This document shows, one piece after another, positions 56,226 to 64,000 of a stretch of 64,000 bases of DNA (position 1 is its first letter; each line of letters begins with the position of its first letter). Made by a program: the position numbers and the translations under genes. The notes beneath the pieces are model-generated. The model was not told the origin of the DNA. It searched no databases and saw nothing but the letters and a program-made list of their open reading frames with translations. This DNA comes from a phage, in sequence record OZ346201.1; one strand, 5' to 3'.

Positions 56226-58204
56226 TCGTAAACAGTAATGAAACTAAAGCGGTACTAACCGGGAATATGGAGGTCACCAGGGGCTCAATTTCTCTGAACA
56301 AAGAGACTTTTGGGCTAATCATTAAAGGGATTTACGAAGATAAGGTGCTGGCAAGCTGCCGTGAACCAATCTTCAATGCCGTGGACTCCCATGTTGAGTC
56401 TGGACGGGGTGATGTACCGATCATTATTCACTCTCCTACAGACCTTGAACCATACTTCTTTGTGCAGGACGTTGGATTGGGCATGTCAGAAGAGATGGTC
56501 CGCAACACTTTCATGAACCTCGGGGAGTCAACCAAGCGCAACAGCAACGCTCTGGTAGGTAATAAAGGTGTTGGTTCAAAGGCTCCGTTCAGCATGGTGG
56601 ACACTTTCGATGTTATCAGTGTGCACAATGGTGTTGAAAGCACATATCTATTGTTCTTGGATCAGGGTATCCCAAACGTTACCAAGATCCGTGAGCGGAA
56701 GACTGAAGAGCACAACGGGGTAAAAGTTCAGTTCCATGTTAAGAAAGAGCATGTCCTGAAATATCGCACTGCTATTGCATCGTGCTTACGCTATGCGAAG
56801 TTTCCGTTCATCGTCACCGATCCTATGACCAGTAAGATGTTAGAAGGTGACAAGGTTGAGGCACAGTATCATTACGAGAAGGATGGCTGGAAAATGACCA
56901 TCCTGAAAGGTTATACCAGTTCTGATGAGAGCCGTGTTGTGATGGGTCACCAACCTTACCGCTCCAAGTTCCTGGAGACATTGACCGATTACCCTGCAAT
57001 CTGCGTGGAAATTCCTATTGGGGATTGCAATATTAACCCTGGGCGTGAATGGACCATAGAGGGCCATGACGACGGTGGATTCCAGGATCGCCTGGAGGCC
57101 TTTGTCAAAGAAGGTATACGTCTTCGCGGGGCAGAAGTTGTTGCAGAACTGGAGACGGCAAAAACCTCCGCAGAAGCACGTGAAATGATGAAGAATAGTG
57201 GAGTGTTCGGACACATCTTCGGCAAAAACTTTATGTGGAACCGTTGGGAAGAAACAGGGCTTGGCGACTTAGGCGATTGTGAAATTTTCGCTGGCGGCTT
57301 AAATAAAGGCCGCATAGGCTATGCTCGTTACGGAAAGTCGGAGTTCTTACGAGGTGTATACCTTGTATTTAACGACGGAGACGGCAAATATAACCGGAAT
57401 AAGTGTAACTACTTAAGCGAGATCACCGGACGCAACGTTTTCTATTGCCGGAACACGGATCTGGTGAAAGAGTTTAAAGAGGCGGCACACCATCCGTTCT
57501 TTGCAGATACGGTCAAATTGTTATCGGAGCTTCCACGCCGACCTGCGAAGAAAGGTGAAACCAAAACTCGATACGAGCCAGGCTACTGGGTTAAGAAGCT
57601 TAGAGAGGATGGCTACTTCCATCGTGAGCGCCTCACGAAGGCAGAGTTCAAGAAGATTAAGCATTGCATCCCTTATGAGGGGGATATCCAACGGGGAAGC
57701 TGCTGGCTGGGCCAGATGAGTAACATCTACCAGCAAAATTATGACCGTGTGCGTGCGGCACTCCAGATTCCTGAAGGGGAAGACCTGTACCTGGTATCAG
57801 AATCCCGTCTGCTTTGGACTGATCCTGATTGCCAGTATGTTACAGAGAAAAATGTGGAACATTTGTTGAAAGAGGACGCCTGGAAATTCTTACTGACTCG
57901 CGCAGCAAATGAAACTTCATATGACAACCTGTATAGACAATTAGGGAAAATTATCCCCATGCAGGATTTTGGAAATTATCGGCCACATTTCCACAAGTGG
58001 GAAGGTAACACCGCGTGGAAGCACAGTGAGCTAAATCATCGTGCCAAAATCTTAATCGCCAACCGGGTTAAGTGCGGGAAGGCCTATATTGCAAGATTGG
58101 AAAAGAAATATCCACTTTTGAAGCATGTGGGCTTGAAATATTGGGACACTTCTGCTATGATTGAATACCGTGAACTGATCGATACAAAGAATAACATCAA
58201 ATAA
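56222..58204 (+). CDS. rIIA: rIIA-like protein (GHKL-type ATPase fold)
   Basis: 660 aa; N-terminal region matches T4 rIIA from memory (GVGSKAPFSMVDTFDVISVH versus T4 [20 protein letters not shown]); immediately upstream of rIIB. Confidence 0.65.
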   Translation: MIVNSNETKAVLTGNMEVTRGSISLNKETFGLIIKGIYEDKVLASCREPIFNAVDSHVESGRGDVPIIIHSPTDLEPYFFVQDVGLGMSEEMVRNTFMNLGESTKRNSNALVGNKGVGSKAPFSMVDTFDVISVHNGVESTYLLFLDQGIPNVTKIRERKTEEHNGVKVQFHVKKEHVLKYRTAIASCLRYAKFPFIVTDPMTSKMLEGDKVEAQYHYEKDGWKMTILKGYTSSDESRVVMGHQPYRSKFLETLTDYPAICVEIPIGDCNINPGREWTIEGHDDGGFQDRLEAFVKEGIRLRGAEVVAELETAKTSAEAREMMKNSGVFGHIFGKNFMWNRWEETGLGDLGDCEIFAGGLNKGRIGYARYGKSEFLRGVYLVFNDGDGKYNRNKCNYLSEITGRNVFYCRNTDLVKEFKEAAHHPFFADTVKLLSELPRRPAKKGETKTRYEPGYWVKKLREDGYFHRERLTKAEFKKIKHCIPYEGDIQRGSCWLGQMSNIYQQNYDRVRAALQIPEGEDLYLVSESRLLWTDPDCQYVTEKNVEHLLKEDAWKFLLTRAANETSYDNLYRQLGKIIPMQDFGNYRPHFHKWEGNTAWKHSELNHRAKILIANRVKCGKAYIARLEKKYPLLKHVGLKYWDTSAMIEYRELIDTKNNIK

Positions 58205-58214
58205 GGAGACCAAG

Positions 58215-59420
58215 ATGATTTTCATCTACGAACATTTCAAAACCCGTAAAGAAGCACGAGACCGCCGTGCAGAACTTGAGAAGAAGGGTTTCACATGTGC
58301 CATTGAGAAAGGCGACACAACCTGGACACTGGCAGTGGGTGCCCCAGAGTTGTTCGATCCTGACCGTGACAGCGTCTGCTACACCCGTGAGGATTTTGAA
58401 ACCCGCGAAGAGGCCCGTTTATCCCGCTATGGATTGGAAGATAATGGTAAGTACGCCATGATCTTAGACTTAGGCGAAGGTTCCGTTAAACGTTGGGGCG
58501 TGGTATACCCACTGTGTGTTGTTCACGGTGTGGGGTTCACTGGGGTGGCAATCAAGTCAGAAGAACCTTTAGTAGAAGTTAAAGATCCGGTGCTGGAGGT
58601 GGTGAGCAGTGTGTCTCAGCAACAAACTCGAAGCATCGAGCCTTTGGTAGTTATTTGTGGGGAACTCCTCCAGATCACCTGCAACGAAGGCATTTTTGAA
58701 ATTCGCCGCAGCGAAAGTGAGGAAGTTTACCAGAAAGTCTTCGACCATATCTCTGTTCAGGAATATGACGAGGCAATTGGTGAAATCCTTGTCTGGCTGG
58801 AACGCAAGAATGAGTTCACCACACTTGCAGACAACCTGATCATGAAAGATGGTAAGCTCTACTACTACGGTGTAGAGATGCGATCCACCATTGCAAAGAA
58901 AATTGAGAAAGATTATGCAGACGGAACGCTGGATGACCGCTATGTGAAATTCCTCGTTCGCCTGCTACGCAATCCTTCTGCAAAATCTGTAAACATGCTC
59001 TACGATTTTATGCAGGCCAATGATATTCAGATTGCAGAAGATGGTCGAATCATTTGCTACAAAGGGGTTCAGTTTAACGGTAGCAAGTGGGTGGATTGGC
59101 ACAGTGGTAAAGTCCCACAATACCAAGGTGCTTTTGTATCCATGCCTCGTAACTTTGTAGAGGATGATCCTGAAGCTGCGTGCTCCTATGGCTTACACTG
59201 CGCCAGCAAAGAGTATGCGAAGAGCTACGGCACTGTAATGCCTGTCATGGTTGACCCTGCAGATGTGGTTAGTGTGCCATACCAACACAATAGCGCTAAG
59301 TGCCGTGCATGCCGCTATGAGATTGTGGTAGCTCCGGAAGCACGCAAGGACGGAGACCCGATTGAATACGTGGTTGACCGAGACGGTAACACTATCGACA
59401 TTCTTTACGAGGAGGCGTAA
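58215..59420 (+). CDS. rIIB: rIIB-like protein
   Basis: 401 aa; C-terminal half matches T4 rIIB from memory (NPSAKSVNMLYDFMQANDIQIAEDG; CSYGLHCASKEYAKSYG; DPADVVSVPYQHNSAKCRACRYEIV). Confidence 0.65.
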   Translation: MIFIYEHFKTRKEARDRRAELEKKGFTCAIEKGDTTWTLAVGAPELFDPDRDSVCYTREDFETREEARLSRYGLEDNGKYAMILDLGEGSVKRWGVVYPLCVVHGVGFTGVAIKSEEPLVEVKDPVLEVVSSVSQQQTRSIEPLVVICGELLQITCNEGIFEIRRSESEEVYQKVFDHISVQEYDEAIGEILVWLERKNEFTTLADNLIMKDGKLYYYGVEMRSTIAKKIEKDYADGTLDDRYVKFLVRLLRNPSAKSVNMLYDFMQANDIQIAEDGRIICYKGVQFNGSKWVDWHSGKVPQYQGAFVSMPRNFVEDDPEAACSYGLHCASKEYAKSYGTVMPVMVDPADVVSVPYQHNSAKCRACRYEIVVAPEARKDGDPIEYVVDRDGNTIDILYEEA

Positions 59421-60790
59421 TGGAAAAAGGGCAGTATGATGTAGGCACAGATGCTGCCCTCGTTGCAATCATGAGCGGTGAGAATGTCTTCGTTTCAGGA
59501 CCAGCAGGTTGTGGGAAGACGTACCTCATCAACATGATCCAGTCAATGTATGGAGACTCTTGCATAACGGTTGCCCCGACAGGGGTAGCCGCTTTAAACG
59601 TTAATGGAGCAACAGCACACCGAACCTTCGATCTTGCAGCAGGTGTGAGCATGGAGTCAGACTGGACCGCAATAAGGGCAAAAACAGCAAAGCCTTTGAA
59701 AAGCAAGGCATTTACCATCCTGATTATCGATGAAATCTCTATGATCCGTGCTGATAAGTTTATAGAGATGGATAGGAAACTTCGCTTCCTTCGAAAAAAT
59801 GACAAACCTTTCGGAGGCATACAGGTCATATTGTTTGGCGATTTTTACCAGGCACCTCCTGTTGTCTCTTCTATGGAGAAGGAAGCCTACTTCAACTTCT
59901 ACCATACAGACCTGTGTTGCTATACCGAATCTTGGAAAGAGCTTGACCTCCACAACATAGCCCTAATAGATCAGTTCCGACAGGAGTCTATTCGATTTGC
60001 CACAATGCTCAACTGTGTTCGTGAGGGTCGTCGCATAAAAGAGGTTGTAGCAGAACTTAATGCTCGCTGTTACAAAGGCGGTGTACCAACAGACGCTCTC
60101 ACAATTTGCGCCACCAACAAACAAGCAGAGGAAGTGAACAGAAGGTTCTATGATGCCATCAACGCCCCGGAGAAGGTATACACTGGGGAAATGAAGGGTA
60201 AGTTTCCCTCCACCCTGCCAGTTGAGCAGGAGATGAAGTTGAAAATTGGCATGAAAGTTATGATAACCGCCAACGATGTTGACCCGACGCACAAAGTACC
60301 TTATTATGTTAACGGAACACGTGCCACAATTGTTAAATTTAAGAACAAGGCGGTGGTGGTAGAGCTTGAAGATGGAACACAGGTTGACATAGAGCAGAGG
60401 TTGTGGGAGAATAACGAGTATAAGCCATCTCAGAGATACAACATTGCAGAAAGGAAGATGGAGAAGTTTATAGAGAGGGTAGTGATTGGGTCATACAAGC
60501 AACTTCCTCTGAAATCTGGGTACGCCGTAACATCTCATAAAAGTCAAGGACTTACGCTAGATTGTTACAACCTAGACCTTGGAAAGAACGGAGCTTTCTC
60601 TCCTGGGATGACGTATGTCGCTTTGAGCAGAGTTAAGACAATACAAGGAATAAACTTGTTGCGTCCACTAAGAGAAGTTGACATTATTGTTGACCCGCGA
60701 GTCGTAGAGTTTTACAATACAACATTCCCTGACTTAGACAAAATTGTCAGGAAAGATTTTGAAACCAGAGCCGAAGAGGGGGGCGTATGA
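59420..60790 (+). CDS. SF1B DNA helicase (Dda/PIF1/RecD-like)
   Basis: 456 aa; Walker A GPAGCGKT, Walker B LIIDEISM, C-terminal VTSHKSQGLTLD...TYVALSRVK resembling Dda/RecD motifs V-VI. Confidence 0.6.
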   Translation: MEKGQYDVGTDAALVAIMSGENVFVSGPAGCGKTYLINMIQSMYGDSCITVAPTGVAALNVNGATAHRTFDLAAGVSMESDWTAIRAKTAKPLKSKAFTILIIDEISMIRADKFIEMDRKLRFLRKNDKPFGGIQVILFGDFYQAPPVVSSMEKEAYFNFYHTDLCCYTESWKELDLHNIALIDQFRQESIRFATMLNCVREGRRIKEVVAELNARCYKGGVPTDALTICATNKQAEEVNRRFYDAINAPEKVYTGEMKGKFPSTLPVEQEMKLKIGMKVMITANDVDPTHKVPYYVNGTRATIVKFKNKAVVVELEDGTQVDIEQRLWENNEYKPSQRYNIAERKMEKFIERVVIGSYKQLPLKSGYAVTSHKSQGLTLDCYNLDLGKNGAFSPGMTYVALSRVKTIQGINLLRPLREVDIIVDPRVVEFYNTTFPDLDKIVRKDFETRAEEGGV

Positions 60791-61128
60791 GTTTGTGGAG
60801 AAATATCGTTAACTACGTGTGTGGCAATCCAACTCCTGAAGAGAAGGATGTTGTGATTCACGATTTTACTAAAAGATCTCGTGAAAAAGATCTACTGCTA
60901 ACAAAGGTGACTGATAAAGATCCTGCAGTAGGGGACTGGGCAGGTTTTGCATTCACATCGGACAAATACACCTTTAACAAAGGTGACTACCTTGTTGTGG
61001 ATTTTAACGAAGACATCGAGGGTGCTGAACCTTACTATCAGACCCTTATTGTTGCAGGGTGTGTTGATCTCTCTGCAGGCATGCACAGTTTGATTCTTTT
61101 TGAGCTTGACTCTGAAGACCTTGAGTAG
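60787..61128 (+). CDS. hypothetical protein
   Basis: 113 aa, start overlaps the helicase stop. Confidence 0.4.
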   Translation: MSLWRNIVNYVCGNPTPEEKDVVIHDFTKRSREKDLLLTKVTDKDPAVGDWAGFAFTSDKYTFNKGDYLVVDFNEDIEGAEPYYQTLIVAGCVDLSAGMHSLILFELDSEDLE

Positions 61129-61189
61129 TAAGATGTGAGTATAAAGGGGAGGCCTCCTCCCCACAAAAAACTAAGGAGAGCACCAAACG

Positions 61190-62518
61190 ATGAGCAAAAC
61201 CAAATTAGAACTTACCTGGATAGGTAAAAACGAGCGCAAAAAATTAGAGCCACACATTTTGTTAGAAGACCCGAGCAAGTCTTATCACGCCAGCCAAAAA
61301 GTGACCGAAAACGATATTTTTGATAATAAACTGATTTTTGGCGATAACTTATTAGCATTGAAGGCGCTAGAGCAAGAATATGCAGGCAAAGTGAAGTGTG
61401 TTTACATAGACCCACCATTCAACACCGGGAGGGCTTTTGAGCACTACGATGATAGTCTGGAGCATTCCATTTGGCTGGGCTTAATGAGGGATAGGTTAGA
61501 AATAATTCGTAATCTTCTAAGTGATGACGGGGTAATATTCGTTCACTTAGATGATTGCGAAATGGCGTATTTAAAAGTTTTGATGGACGAGATTTTTGGT
61601 CGTGCAAATCAGTTAAATACCATATCGATGACCACAAATTCCCCTTCGGGATTTAAGGCAACAGGAGCCACAGTTTTCTCCACAGCAAACTTTTTGCTTG
61701 TATATGCAAAAGATCGCACCCAGAAACCGCTTAACAAAATCTATATACCTAAAGGGTATGATACCGGATATAACAAATACCTATTAAACCCGGATGATCA
61801 TTATAAAAATTGGACGTGGTGCGGTATTGCCGATGCGTTTGCAAAGGCCAATGGCTATAAAGATGCAAAAGAAGCCAAGAAAAAACTGCCTGACACATTC
61901 GATGATGAATTAGCACAATTTGCAATTGATAATGCAGAACGTGTATTTCAATCTGTTGCAATTGGTGGTGGTGCTAAAATAAAGAGAAAAGAAACTATAG
62001 AGAAGTCAAAGAAAGATAGGGATAAGGTTTATGTACATCCAAATGAGGATGTTGAAGGATTTTATATCGCAAATGGTAGGCAAATGGTCTTTTACTCCAA
62101 CAGGCTTTTGGAAATTGACGGTGATATGCAACCTGCGGAACTAATAACTGATGTTTGGACAGACATTAGTTGGAATGGAATAGCAAATGAAGGCGGCGTT
62201 AGTTTCAAAAATGGGAAAAAACCAGAAGCGCTTTTGAAGCGGATTTTCGAAATGTGTACGCGAGAAGGTGATTTGGTATTGGATTCATTCGGTGGTTCGG
62301 GAACTACTGCCGCTGTAGCTCACAAGATGAAAAGACGTTGGATCTCCATCGAGATTGGTGATCATTGCCATACCCATATTATTCCGCGCTTGGAAAAAGT
62401 GATCGATGGGGAAGATCAAGGTGGTATTTCTAAGTCTGTAAACTGGCAAGGTGGTGGTGGCTTCCGTTATTACAAACTTGCCCCGACCTTAATTGCGAAA
62501 GATAAGTCTGATCAATAA
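61190..62518 (+). CDS. DNA methyltransferase (beta-class N6-adenine or N4-cytosine), orphan
   Basis: 442 aa; catalytic DPPF motif N-terminal to the SAM-binding FGGSGTT motif; no restriction endonuclease partner adjacent. Confidence 0.6.
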   Translation: MSKTKLELTWIGKNERKKLEPHILLEDPSKSYHASQKVTENDIFDNKLIFGDNLLALKALEQEYAGKVKCVYIDPPFNTGRAFEHYDDSLEHSIWLGLMRDRLEIIRNLLSDDGVIFVHLDDCEMAYLKVLMDEIFGRANQLNTISMTTNSPSGFKATGATVFSTANFLLVYAKDRTQKPLNKIYIPKGYDTGYNKYLLNPDDHYKNWTWCGIADAFAKANGYKDAKEAKKKLPDTFDDELAQFAIDNAERVFQSVAIGGGAKIKRKETIEKSKKDRDKVYVHPNEDVEGFYIANGRQMVFYSNRLLEIDGDMQPAELITDVWTDISWNGIANEGGVSFKNGKKPEALLKRIFEMCTREGDLVLDSFGGSGTTAAVAHKMKRRWISIEIGDHCHTHIIPRLEKVIDGEDQGGISKSVNWQGGGGFRYYKLAPTLIAKDKSDQ

Positions 62519-62531
62519 AGAGTACAATCAA

Positions 62532-62837
62532 ATGATGAAACGTTATAAACCATACACTTTTGAAATCGATTTCGAACTTGACGATATGTTCACTGTAGAA
62601 GCTCAGGCAGTTGTCCAGTTGCCAGACCCGGAGTGCCGTGATTCTGATGTTGACTATTACGGATTTAGACAGATCACTGATGTGCATGTTTACCACAACG
62701 GTGAAGAGGTGGACTTCCACCAACTGCCAAACGATATTCGCCACTCAATTTACAAACGTGCAGCCCGTGAACTAGAGTCCTATCTGGATGCAGCGACGAC
62801 AGCAGCTGCATTTGCCGAAGAAGTGGGAGGTTTCTGA
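62532..62837 (+). CDS. hypothetical protein
   Basis: Track ORF starts at a TTG at 62493 overlapping the methyltransferase; ATG 62532 (MMKRYKP...) is preferred. Confidence 0.35.
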   Translation: MMKRYKPYTFEIDFELDDMFTVEAQAVVQLPDPECRDSDVDYYGFRQITDVHVYHNGEEVDFHQLPNDIRHSIYKRAARELESYLDAATTAAAFAEEVGGF

Positions 62838-63235
62838 TGATTACAGGTGTGAAGATTCTCCAATACCACTTAACCAAATTGGAAGATGCTGAAAAAGAGC
62901 TTGCAGAAGTTCTGAATAGTGGATATACTTTGCTATCATGCGCCTGCTCAGACACCTACGTTGTGTGGACACTTATCCGGAAGGAAGAGCCTGCAGGGAT
63001 CTTGGTGCCAAACCCTAAGATTATTAGTGAGGTGGATGACTATTCCCAGGACGGCCTGCCAGAAGGCTGGGAAGTATGGGAAGGTGGTGAAAACCCTGCA
63101 CCAGGTAAGTGGGTAAAATATAAACTACGTAGTGGTGCACAGTACGCTGACTACTCTGATGACCTAGACTGGAGTCATTCTTCACCAGGATCGTCTGCAA
63201 GTTCATATGATATCGTTGCTTTTCAGGAAGAATAA
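62837..63235 (+). CDS. hypothetical protein
   Basis: 132 aa, RBS GGGAGG. Confidence 0.4.
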   Translation: MITGVKILQYHLTKLEDAEKELAEVLNSGYTLLSCACSDTYVVWTLIRKEEPAGILVPNPKIISEVDDYSQDGLPEGWEVWEGGENPAPGKWVKYKLRSGAQYADYSDDLDWSHSSPGSSASSYDIVAFQEE

Positions 63236-63247
63236 GGAGATAGTGTT

Positions 63248-63730
63248 ATGTCAGCTTTTATGTGGAAAGTAGGTTACGCAGCTCCTGAAATGTGTGAGGC
63301 TTGCTTTGTGAAAATAGGCCGCGAGGATATCGACAAAGTGATCCTTAAGTTTCGTGATGTGGCTGTGATCGGCAACCGAGTGCTTAAGCACTTAAAGAAT
63401 TTGAAGCTCACCAAAAAGAAATTCTTCGGGCTTTTCGAAGAGAAAGTTGATGCTTGGACCCATTGCATTCAGGAAGCTAAATCTCACTACAGCGCTATCG
63501 TTACCCCAGAACGGGTAGCCAAGATGGAAGGATTCATCAACAGCACAGAGTTTGAGTGCCTGAAAGCTGCACTTGATAGTTATCCGAAATGCCTCAAGCA
63601 CTTGGACAAGTATGTAGAAAAGGATGGGGAAATGTACCTAACCCTGGACGCATATTATGAGATGCAAGAAATTTTAAATTTAGATTTGACATTGGTATCC
63701 ACCGAGTATACAATAGGTATCCGGGTTTAA
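63248..63730 (+). CDS. hypothetical protein
   Basis: 160 aa, RBS AAGGAGA; followed by a terminator. Confidence 0.4.
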   Translation: MSAFMWKVGYAAPEMCEACFVKIGREDIDKVILKFRDVAVIGNRVLKHLKNLKLTKKKFFGLFEEKVDAWTHCIQEAKSHYSAIVTPERVAKMEGFINSTEFECLKAALDSYPKCLKHLDKYVEKDGEMYLTLDAYYEMQEILNLDLTLVSTEYTIGIRV

Positions 63731-63736
63731 CACTAG

Positions 63737-63766
63737 GCCCTGCCCGAAAGGGTGGGGCTTTTTGCA
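63737..63766 (+). terminator. intrinsic terminator
   Basis: GCCCTGCCC-GAAA-GGGTGGGGC followed by TTTTTGCATT. Confidence 0.5.
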
Positions 63767-63781
63767 TTAGGAGACAGCAAA

Positions 63782-64000
63782 TTGAAATTTATCTACAAAG
63801 AACACTACCACAAAGGTGTTGTGTGGAGCCTGTTTGACGGATCTGGTGGTGCAGTCATTGACTGGGCAAAAGCTGGGTATCTGTGCCTGTGCTTTAATGC
63901 AGAAGGTGCTGATCACGGCAGTTATGCAGAGGTGATAACCGATCATCCCAACATTCACTATGTGGATTATTGGATTGACCCATGGTTCCCTCAGGAAACT
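63782..64000 (+). CDS. putative DNA methyltransferase, 5' fragment (truncated by window end)
   Basis: TTG start after AGGAGA; N-terminus VVWSLFDGSGGAVIDWAKAGY resembles a SAM-binding motif I (FxGxGG); ORF runs off the window. Confidence 0.3.
   Translation, partial: MKFIYKEHYHKGVVWSLFDGSGGAVIDWAKAGYLCLCFNAEGADHGSYAEVITDHPNIHYVDYWIDPWFPQET

Noticed and set aside
61129-61189. Hairpin GGGGAGG-CC(T)-CCTCCCC upstream of the methyltransferase gene as a terminator
   Set aside because: It is followed by an A-rich rather than U-rich tract on the plus strand, so it does not fit an intrinsic terminator; it may be an RNA structure or nothing.
1-64000. CRISPR arrays, tRNA genes, integrase or attachment sites
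   Set aside because: No array of short direct repeats with unique spacers, no tRNA-like motif in intergenic regions, and no recombinase-sized ORF with recognisable Tyr/Ser recombinase features was seen. This was a reading-level scan only; a tRNAscan or HMM search could still find something.

Overview
The window reads as a contiguous segment of a large tailed dsDNA phage or prophage genome; no cellular housekeeping genes, tRNAs or CRISPR arrays were seen. Positions 1-44547 are a single rightward late structural module: portal, lambda-like head genes (scaffold, gpD-like decoration, gpE-like capsid), head-tail joining genes, contractile-tail sheath and tube, a tail chaperone with a -1 frameshift site, tape measure, baseplate and spike genes, a lambda-J-like tip module, at least four fibre or spike genes, and an 1878-aa multidomain protein. 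Operons are punctuated by UUCG-type terminators followed by near-consensus sigma70-like promoters. Positions 44595-51575 are a leftward block of small accessory genes, including a metallopeptidase-like/VWA protein and four tandem 87-aa paralogues (one frameshifted). A 254-bp perfect palindrome sits at the divergence point. Positions 51750-64000 are a rightward early-type block with small acidic proteins, a MoxR-like AAA+ ATPase, a secreted SleB-like hydrolase, rIIA/rIIB, an SF1B helicase and DNA methyltransferases. Most product calls rest on gene order and motifs recalled from memory, not on database searches. Coordinates of features I derived myself (promoters, terminators, repeats) may be off by 1-2 nt.
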